From the NCBI GenBank assembly GCA_051294375.1, contig JBJCIZ010000197.1:1-8233 (forward strand): a stretch of 8,233 nucleotides of DNA, written 5' to 3'. Shown piece by piece: positions 1-7,296 of the stretch. Within the stretch, counting starts at the first letter, position 1, and every line of letters begins with the position of its first letter. Origin of the DNA: Paraspadella gotoi (lineage: Eukaryota; Animalia; Chaetognatha). Below the pieces are notes generated by a model that ran no database searches, was not told the origin of the DNA, and saw nothing but the letters and a program-made list of their open reading frames with translations. A program made the position numbers and the translations under genes.

Positions 1-191
1 TTCATAAAAATATTAAAATAGAAAAATAGAAAATAGTGAACAAGTAATTTGCAAATTTTCATAATAATTACTTTTAATATACAAACAGAATTAATACTTT
101 GAGAAGGATTTAAGCAAACTCATTCAATTATAATTTAATAATATTTACAAAGAATTTTGAATTGTTACAACGATTTTATNNNNNNNNNNTT

Positions 192-235
192 GCAGACATG
201 TTTCGACTCAGAGATTTTCGAGTCTTCATTAGTGC
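192..235 (-). ncRNA. Type I hammerhead ribozyme, G5A variant (probably inactive)
   Basis: Minus strand reads GCA-CUAAUGA-A-GACUC(GAAAAUCUCU)GAGUC-GAAA-CAUGU-C/UGC. This gives stem I GCA/UGC, a 5-bp stem II, palindromic stem III ACAUGU and a GUC cleavage triplet. The core is CUAAUGA instead of CUGAUGA (position 230). Confidence 0.8.
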
Positions 236-409
236 TTTTTGACAGTTGTGAATTAATTGTGAGTTAAAGAAAGAGAGAGAGAGAAAGAGAGAGACAGAAA
301 AGGTTAAAGTTTCCAACAAAGATTGAGACAGATTAGTGGTCAGTTTAGAGGACAGATTTAGTTGAGGCTAGATTGAATAAGTGGTGAAAAGAAATGAAAT
401 TTGGTGAAA

Positions 410-412
<3 letters not shown>

Positions 413-450
<38 letters not shown>
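413..450. repeat. (GA)19 microsatellite
   Basis: Perfect GA dinucleotide run in the spacer between the inverted arms; a related GA-rich tract lies at ~269-300. Confidence 0.97.
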
Positions 451-454
<4 letters not shown>

Positions 455-709
455 AACAATTACATTTGAGCAATGTACAACTAAAATAAAATTAAACAAA
501 CTTGATTTGTATGTATCAATAACAAAATTGCAATAAATTAATTTTGAAATTTGAAATATAAGAGTTTAATTTTCACCACTTATTCAATCTCGCCTCAACT
601 AAATCTGTCCNNNNNNNNNNCCACTAATCTGTCTCAATTTTTTGTTCAAAACTTTAACCTTCTCTTTCTTTAACTCACAAATTGTCCCATTATTCACAAC
701 TGTCAAAAA

Positions 710-738
710 GCGCTGATGAAGACTCGAAACATGTCTGC
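710..738 (+). ncRNA. Minimal type I hammerhead ribozyme (intact core, collapsed stem II)
   Basis: Reads GCG-CUGAUGA(713-719)-AGACUC-GAAA(726-729)-CAUGU-C735/UGC. Stem I is GCG/UGC and stem III is palindromic ACAUGU. Predicted cut is after C735. Confidence 0.8.
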
Positions 739-1286
739 AACTTAATAATAATAAAATCGTTGTAACAATTCAAATTTTTTTGTAAATCTCTATACAACAA
801 CGAAAAGAAAGGATATACTATGAATTTAATAATAAAAATATATTTTATTGAGGCGACAACATCAATGACTTCGACAAGGAGAAACTAAGGTAAGGGAACC
901 AACCTTAACCGACTTACTATTGATTGTTTAGCGTTTTCCGTTATTTTCTTACCATTGTTTTGCCTTTTTACCTTACCTCATTTTTGAATGATTTCGATCA
1001 TTACATGTCTTATCCAAAAACCGTAAACAACTATATTTTTCTCTCTATAATCAAATTCGACATGGAGGGATTCATTCCCAAACGAAGTGTTGGACTGACA
1101 CTTCTGTCCCGACCTCGCCCGGCGTTGGCGCCTCCCAGGCTCCTTTGGCGTCGCCCCCGGTCAAATCCAGTGGGATCAATCATTGAATCGCCACATGGGC
1201 GGAAAACTGGTCAGTCACATCGATGTCCTCTTGCAGGCGTCACTTGGTCAACAATATAGCTGACATTGAGAGAGGACACTGACAAC

Positions 1287-1319
1287 TGACTTACATGGAC
1301 AATGACTTACATTGGACAA
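1287..1319. repeat. Short tandem duplication (16/17-nt unit x2)
   Basis: TGACTTACATGGACAA followed by TGACTTACATTGGACAA. Confidence 0.85.
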
Positions 1320-2437
1320 TGTTTTACCGCAGAATTCTCTTCTTCCTCCTCAGTCCTTCCTTTGGATTCTTTCAAGGACTCAACGCATAAATATCAAGGC
1401 TTATTAAATATATTAAACCAACTTAACAAATTAATGTTATGCCATATGGTTGCACGTTTGAAAAACTAGTAGGAATAAAAACTAAATAAACAGTTCTCTA
1501 GTTAGGTTTACTTTTTACAATACTGTGCATCAAAAGTTAAAACTGAAAAAAGAAATAAGCTTGACCCATGACCCTGACCAAAATTAAATAATACCCCACA
1601 AGCACTTCGTGAAGTTCTCCAATCATAATCTTACTTGCTTCTGGTAATACCAATTTTGATATGTCACACTTATGCTAAAAATGCATAATTCTTTAAAAAT
1701 CGATCACATGTTCCAAAATTCAAAACCGCTTATACATGATTTTTCTTTTGTAACATTTCGTGACTGTAAAATTTATAGAGTTTAGATAGTTTAGATAGTC
1801 GGATTAGAAGGTCTCGGTTTGGCATTTTCTATGTGTAATATAACATTGTAATGAGTCTTCTTTATTGATTTACTAATTATTAAGAGGAATCCAAGTTTGA
1901 CAACTCATCAATTCGTTTCCCCCCCAATTTATTTCTGAATTCTGATGGTTAAAAACATTTTGAATTTATGAAAAAATAAATATGACTTTTTTTAAAGGAT
2001 AAAAAATATAATATTTTAATTATTAATACATTTTTTAAAGAGTGGGAGATAAAAACAATTTATGATCAAAGTAAACGCAGAAAAAAAATTAACAATGATA
2101 TTATCTAACAATATTGAATAAACTGACAATTATTGACAGGGCAGGTAAAATAAGGTCAGCGATATTTGTTGATTGCCACCAAGCCCTTTTGCCTTCTTGT
2201 TTGGATTAGCCACCAGGGTTTGAAAGTTTGGGCTCAATGTCATCTGGGAGCAGAGATTTCCGAGGAGACCAAAGGAGTTGACGGATCCGGCCTTGCCCAT
2301 TGTCCTGGATAAGGAGTTGAGGAACAGGTAACTCTCGGGAAAATACTTTGGGATTATAAATATTTACTTCACTGAACATTCGCTATTTTCAAATATAAAC
2401 TAATAAGTATAATAATATAATAATAAGTATAATACTA

Positions 2438-2947
2438 GGGTAAAATTTTACTTTCGTCGACCGGGGTTTTGAAAAACGATTTAAAAATATATATTAAAAA
2501 AAAAAATTACTACCTTAACCCTAACTTATCCCTAACCCTAATTTACCATTAATTTAAACTTACTACTAATTTAAAAATACTACTAATTTTAATTTACCCT
2601 TTAGCTTAAATTACCCTTATATTTAACCCTACCTTACTATTCAACTTATATACTTAATATACCAAAACCTTAACTTATTTTTAATTTTAACATAATCATT
2701 ACTCAAATATTAGTATAATAATAAAAAATATAAAAAATATTAAAATATTTAAATGCTTAGTTTATTTTTAAAGAAATTATCCTTTTTCCCTTTAGTTCCT
2801 CTTTTCCCTTAATTTATTAAAAATAACCTTGTTCTTCATTATCTCAGACCTCTGGAGCGTATTAATCTCCAGGAGTGCCAAAACAAAATTTATTAACTGA
2901 TTCGTCGAGAGCCGGGCCCCGAGTCGCCGATACCCGTGTCGCCAAGA
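2438..2947. repeat. Unclassified interspersed repeat with degenerate TAACCC/TTACCC core and GC-rich ends
   Basis: Only one G on the + strand in 2479-2712. CCTAAC/TAACCC motifs at 2513-2547. TTCGTCGA at both ends (2453-2460, 2901-2908). Short inverted matches GGGTA/TACCC (2438/2931) and CGACCGGGG vs CCCCGAGTCG. Palindrome GTAAAATTTTAC at 2440-2451. Boundaries are approximate. Confidence 0.5.
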
Positions 2948-3000
2948 AAAGTTGTTGGTTCTTGCAAAGTTTATTCCAAATTTAGTGGAAAAAACGAATA
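2948..3000 (+). repeat. Left copy of ~55-bp dispersed inverted repeat (partner 4490-4545)
   Basis: Its reverse complement aligns to 4490-4545 with 4 substitutions and one 3-nt indel. Confidence 0.9.
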
Positions 3001-3253
3001 TCACAATGAAAAATTTCTCAGGTAGGGATTTATGGACCATTTTGGGTTAAAAACTAACTTGTTTTTAGGAATAAAACGATTTTAGTCTAAAATTATTTAT
3101 CTTGATTGAAAATAAAGTACAAAGCATTAACGCTGATGAAAAAAATGTCCGTTTTTTCTTTATGAAAATAAATCTTATCGCTTTCAAACTTTGTCTAGAC
3201 ATTTTGTCTAATTAAATAGTATGGTGGACTAAAATCCACCAACCGTTCATGCA

Positions 3254-3325
3254 GCGGCCATTGATGCCGGAGGCAAGTCATTCGCCTCCCTACCCAAAGG
3301 TCCGGGGTTCTATCCCGGTGGTCGC
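3254..3325 (+). ncRNA. tRNA-derived pseudo-tRNA / SINE-type Pol III head (Gly-CCC-like layout)
   Basis: 72 nt. Acceptor stem GCGGCCA/TGGTCGC; D-stem GAT/GTC with GG in the loop; anticodon loop CT-CCC-TA; variable region AGGTC; T-arm CCGGG/CCCGG with B-box-like GGTTCTATCCC. The anticodon stem is broken (TTCGC/CCCAA), so it is not a functional tRNA. Confidence 0.8.
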
Positions 3326-3327
3326 CT

Positions 3328-3403
3328 GGCAGTTAAGAGGGACGGGGCGCTTAACCCGCCTGTAACATGGTGTTACAGCCTGATCTGAAGCTCAGGGACT
3401 GCT
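3328..3403 (+). ncRNA. Twister ribozyme, type P5 permutation
   Basis: P5 GGCAGUU(3328-3334)/GACUGCU(3397-3403); P2 3' strand GAGG; conserved GA 3341-3342; pseudoknot T1 CGG(3343-3345)/CUG(3385-3387); U^AA 3352-3354; P2 5' strand CCC; pseudoknot T2 GC(3358-3359)/GC(3390-3391); P3 CUGUAACA/UGUUACAG; P4 CCUGA/UCAGG with loop UCUGAAGC (U-NNN-AAGC consensus). P1 is reduced to GGCGCU and P2 has a one-nucleotide bulge. Confidence 0.8.
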
Positions 3404-4489
3404 TACATTGAACGGTTCTGTCATTAACACTTATCAATAATTACTGTCTCTTCAATAGTCTATATAGTTTGTATCGCATTGTCGCCAAAAATTGCGGGCA
3501 TCGATGCTTCCTAGACACCTAATTCTCGCGCTAACTTAGCTATATCTACGTAACCGAGAGTTTTAGTGCCAAGGCCCAATGACGATGACAACGTCTCACA
3601 GCAGACCTGAGGTCAAGACAATTGAGAAATGCCCAGATTAAAATGTCATGTAGCGAGGTCAATAACAGACAGTATAAAGTAACTGTACTACTGACAGTAT
3701 TAGAAGTCTGGGCAAAATAAATATATATTCTGGCGTCCTGAGTTGACCACGGTCATCAAGATAACCNNNNNNNNNNAGAATCCTTTTACCGAAATACGGT
3801 GAAGCTTTAGTCGTCGTCAGTGGCTGACCTTTTCTTCTCGTTCTCTCATTCGAATTTAAAGCCAAGAATTAAAAACACGTTTTCTCTCTCTTTTTAATTG
3901 CCATCCAAAGTATTGTTATCAACTACATTTTTAACCTTGTTGTATCTACTTAAAGTATATCGTCCGTTTATAATTGTTTTAAATATTTCTAATACGTTAT
4001 TGAAACGTAGAACCTCTTTTGCCTGTTTGATATTTCAAGTAGTTAATATAAAATTAATTAAATTAATTCTACAACATAATTCTTTGTGACGAGGGTTTCC
4101 AAAATAATAACCATTGTAAGAAAATTCAGCGTTAAAGTATAAAAACTTTAGCAATTATTTTTAACCTCAACCAAATCTTATAAAAATATGAAAATAAATA
4201 AATTTTTGAAATCTTAAAGACATAATATCATAATAGGTTTAAAGGCAACTTTGAGGAATGGGAATCTACAATGAACCCACACCGATATTGCTAACTTACC
4301 AAAATAATTACAGAATATAGATTTTTTAATAAATCATGCTGATGTGGCAGCAGCAACACGCAACCTCATCCAAACATCTCTCTCTCCCAATCACCGGTCA
4401 CCACCACTGTCTACCGGCTGTCCTCAGCCGGTCTCTGTACAGTTTATTGTTATGGCTTTAGACTTTGCATTATTTGGAATTGATGTCTG

Positions 4490-4545
4490 TATTCGTTTTC
4501 TCCACTTAATTTGGAATGAGAAACTTTGCAAGAATCAATAACTTT
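4490..4545 (-). repeat. Right copy of ~55-bp dispersed inverted repeat (partner 2948-3000)
   Basis: TATTCGTTTTCTCCACTTAATTTGGAATGAGAAACTTTGCAAGAATCAATAACTTT matches the reverse complement of 2948-3000. Confidence 0.9.
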
Positions 4546-4684
4546 CAAAAATGTTTGATATTTCTGGGAGGTCTCGTTTGGCAATATTGTAAAAATTACA
4601 TTTTTCTCAACTAAAACATCGTAACCGGGATAAAAAACAAACTGAGAAATTAATTTTCTCTCTAACCATATCTAAACAAATATA

Positions 4685-5040
4685 TTATTTTTTGTTTCCT
4701 TCGCCATACTTGCGGTGGTACCAGCACATGTCCATGATGGCCGCAGAGGCCGAGCAGCAGTCCGCCCACTCGTCCAAAGCTAGTCCATCACGGGCTCCCT
4801 TGACGCCGAGAAACCGTCGAGCCGCACCAGCGCCGTCGGGAATCCGCGACCTTCGTACTTTGCAAGGTCCTCGGCGCCACCCGGCGTTTGCGTGACGACG
4901 ACCGCGATCTTCGGAGAGAGCCTTCAGCGTGAGGGCCCCCAGCAGATCGTCAACTTCTAAACCCTCAGCGAGGGCCGAAATGCTCGTGAGAAAATCCCGG
5001 GGATGTTTGCCCCCGGGATCGTAGAAGAGAGTACAAATAG
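4685..5040 (-). pseudogene. gag: Ty3/gypsy-type gag remnant, C-terminal part
   Basis: Open frame 5023->4685 reads YDPGGKHPRDFLTSISALAEGLEVDDLLGALTLKALSED...MCWYHRKYGEGNKK*. This matches the GDxKPSxLLxxMxxLA...L..L.LxxLP segment and the CWYHxx(F/Y)G motif of invertebrate gypsy Gag. It is truncated before the expected downstream cysteines and pol. Confidence 0.8.
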
Positions 5041-5042
5041 AA

Positions 5043-5847
5043 CAGTGTGTCCCAATGNNNNNNNNNNTTAACTTTTACATTTTCTGCAGAACTGTGTTCT
5101 TAAATCTTATCTCTGAGATAACAAGGTCAAAGATAAGTTCTTACCATTTATAATACTATATTTCAAATNNNNNNNNNNNNNNTTTTTCTTTGCAAAACAT
5201 TCAATTTAAATGAGTCCTAGTTCTTCACTTTTGATTTTTAAAATATATTTTATTTTTAAAAAAATTTGATTAAAAAAATTACAGAAAAATATTTTCAATT
5301 GATTTAAATTATTTAAATTTTAATTATGTATAAAATATGTGCATTAATAAAAAGAAAAATGCATATATTAAAAAAANNNNNNNNNNAATAAAAATATGCT
5401 AATTATTTTGATATTTAAATTTTATTATTTCAAGTTGTGAGCGACTGAATCATTAAGCCAGAACAAAATGGTTGCTATNNNNNNNNNNAATTATTATTAA
5501 ATCAATTAAAAAAGTAAAATTTTAAAAAGAATGAACATTGCATTATAAAATGTGTCTGTCCTGCATCTAAGAAAACGATTTAAAAGATTATTTAATAAAT
5601 ATTTAAAAAAATATTAATTAAATGTTAAAAAACATATAATTTAATCCAATTTTTTCACAAATCACTAAAAAAAAGTTTGACCAAATTTTTATGTAATAAC
5701 TAAAGGAGTTTACTTTGTTCAATTTTTAAAATTTAGTATCCTAAGAAATGGTCCACACTTGTGCGCTTATTTATGACAATGAATTTAAGTTTTTCAATAT
5801 GGTATATTAGTAAACTTTTATTAACGGACAGTACCATTGGGACACTA
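5043..5847. mobile_element. MITE / non-autonomous Tc1-mariner-like DNA transposon inserted in gag
   Basis: Left end is CAGTGTGTCCCAATG-N10-TTAA (5043-5071). Right end reverse-complemented is TA|TAGTGTCCCAATG-GTACTGTCCG-TTAA (5849->5821). The interior is very AT-rich and non-coding, and the element sits exactly between the two gag halves. The TSD is ambiguous: a degraded TA, or ATAG at 5037-5040/5847-5850. Confidence 0.75.
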
Positions 5848-6093
5848 TAGTTTATTCGCCCGCTCTGCCCTCGTCGGCTTGTACGCCTTGAGTAGGCGCG
5901 TCTTAAGGGCCCCGTACGGATCCGGCTTGTCGAGAAAAGTTGAAAGTCGTGACGACATGGTGATACTTCATCAGGGAGACCATGACGTTTTTGATCGCCA
6001 GTTGGAACTCTGCTCGGATGAACTTTGGTCGGCGTCGCTCGTCCAAAAATCCGGGAGCTTGACGGAGACGGCCGTTGTTGAAGTGGAGGCCAT
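5848..6093 (-). pseudogene. gag: Ty3/gypsy-type gag remnant, N-terminal part (DUF7041-like), two frameshifts
   Basis: From ATG 6093 it reads MASTSTTAVSVKLPDFWTSDADQ / FIRAEFQLAIKNVMVSLMKYHHVVTT / FLDKPDPYGALKTRLLKAYKPTRAERANKL. This matches the VKLPxFW...WFxxxExQF...TKYxxVV...PYxxLKxxL pattern of this Gag family. Confidence 0.85.
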
Positions 6094-7059
6094 GACCGAC
6101 TTGGTGAAAACGAAGGACGGTCAAGGCAGGTCGGCGGAGAGAGTGAGAATAAGACAATCTTTTAGGAATGACCCCGTTTCACGGTCTTTAAACAGACCTA
6201 GGATCAGAACTCAGAAGGTAGAAATCTTCGAGGAAGGTAAAACCAGCCTCTTCAATGCATCAAAATGGATGGTCAATGCAGTAAGGGGGACAAACTTAAA
6301 GGAACGTGAATTATTTTTTTTTCTGGAAAGTAAATAAACAATTTTAATGTTCGCGAGAATGAAAAGTATGACAATTGTAAATAATAAACGTTGTTAAGAC
6401 ACGATGCAAGTTAACGTGNNNNNNNNNNCCCATGCAAATTTTTATTATATTTCGTAATCTGTGAACTAGAAGCTTTACTTTAATAATACCATTTATTTTT
6501 TTTTAATTTTAAAAAAAAATTCAATATTTTTTATTTAAGTGAAAATTTATACTTATTTTCGAGTTTAATTTTTAGCAAGTGCTAAGTCTGGAAAGACATT
6601 ATTAAAAGTATTTTTGTTTTACTTTTAGCCCGCATAAGCGAGCAGTTTGATCGAATGCGACCTCTCTAAACACTGTCAGCATTCCCAGACAAAAGATAAA
6701 GTGAAACTTGAATCAGACTGAGAAGTGAAGTAAAGACTAAAGTGAAATAAAATGAAATAAAATAAAATAATAAAGTAAATATATATTGAAAAAAAAATAT
6801 TCTGATTGATATTTAGAATATTTAAAAAAAAAAAGAGAGAGAAAGAGAGAAATCAAATCGTTTTCGGACGAATCAGCAATGGCAGCAGCAGAGGCACCCA
6901 GAAAAAAAAAAAAATTAAAAGGCAGCAGCAGCAGGAAAAAAGAGAAAAACAATAAGCCCCTGCAGAGCAAGCTGCGCTCGTTTTTTTCCCTATGATTATG
7001 AATCAGTGACTATTAAAAGAAAAAAGAGAGAAAGAAAGAAATATGAAAATAAAAGAGAA

Positions 7060-7296
7060 AANNNNNNNNNNTTTTGATAAAATGTAAACAAAACATATTC
7101 AATAACTGTCCAGACTCAATTTTTAGCACATTGATGATGAGAAGCTGTATATAAATTTTCAGCTTCATACACCCAAATTTAATCATAAAAAAGGCGATCT
7201 ATAATTTGGAACGCTGACAACGACGACGACGACACCACTTATGCGCAAAAGTCTTACAATATCGTCGCAAACACTTAGCGATTACGACGATAAAAA
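7060..7296. mobile_element. Possible Helentron-associated (HINE/DINE-1-like) short element nested in the TTAA element
   Basis: (CGA)4 microsatellite at 7221-7233, then terminal hairpin TATCGTCG(7260-7267)/CGACGATA(7285-7292) followed by an A run. Internal hairpin GAAGCTG/CAGCTTC at 7141-7166. The left boundary falls in an N run and is uncertain. Confidence 0.45.

Larger units (their letters stand above)
144..822. mobile_element. Non-autonomous Penelope-like retroelement (inverted pseudo-LTR arms, 3' tail, hammerheads)
   Basis: Arms 144-390 and 570-786 are reverse complements, apart from substitutions and small indels, and each carries a hammerhead motif. The right arm has AATAAA at 750-755 and an unpaired extension at ~787-822. 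The unit is flanked by the direct repeat AATTTAATAATA (132-143, 823-834). Inverted pLTRs, a short tail and hammerheads are established PLE hallmarks. No RT or GIY-YIG coding sequence was seen. Confidence 0.8.

Noticed and set aside
924-1259. 111-aa ORF
   Set aside because: Non-ATG start, spans an AT-rich/GC-rich junction, and has no recognisable domain.
2220-2225. In-frame TGA as selenocysteine
   Set aside because: No supported gene model, redox motif or SECIS element.
2401-2434. TAATAAGTATAATA repeated with 20-nt period as a CRISPR-like array
   Set aside because: Two low-complexity copies only, in a eukaryote-like context with no cas genes.
2792-3040. 82-aa minus ORF
   Set aside because: Runs across the junction of two non-coding repeats.
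3133-3160. CTGATGA as a third hammerhead
   Set aside because: No stem II, GAAA box or stem III follows.
3254-3325. Functional tRNA-Gly(CCC) gene
   Set aside because: The anticodon stem does not pair, the T-loop and T-stem are off-consensus, and the A-box is degenerate.
4400-4430. Minus-strand CTGAGGA as a hammerhead core
   Set aside because: No downstream GAAA or cleavage triplet, and the motif is buried in a hairpin.
4692-4895. 67-aa + strand ORF
   Set aside because: Antisense to the gag C-terminal frame.
6169-6176. TGACCCCG as the gypsy primer-binding site
   Set aside because: Wrong strand relative to gag, lacks the leading TGG, and no adjacent LTR end.
5837-6337. 166-aa + strand ORF
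   Set aside because: It is the antisense shadow of the minus-strand gag, starts at a TTG inside the MITE TIR, and has no recognisable motif.
6628-6643. GCCCGC-ATAA-GCGAGC hairpin as a Helitron terminus
   Set aside because: Imperfect short stem and no matching other end identified.
6737-6970. 77-aa F/L-rich ORF (and similar short ORFs at 3659, 3898, 4344)
   Set aside because: Low-complexity or chance frames in AT-rich repeats.
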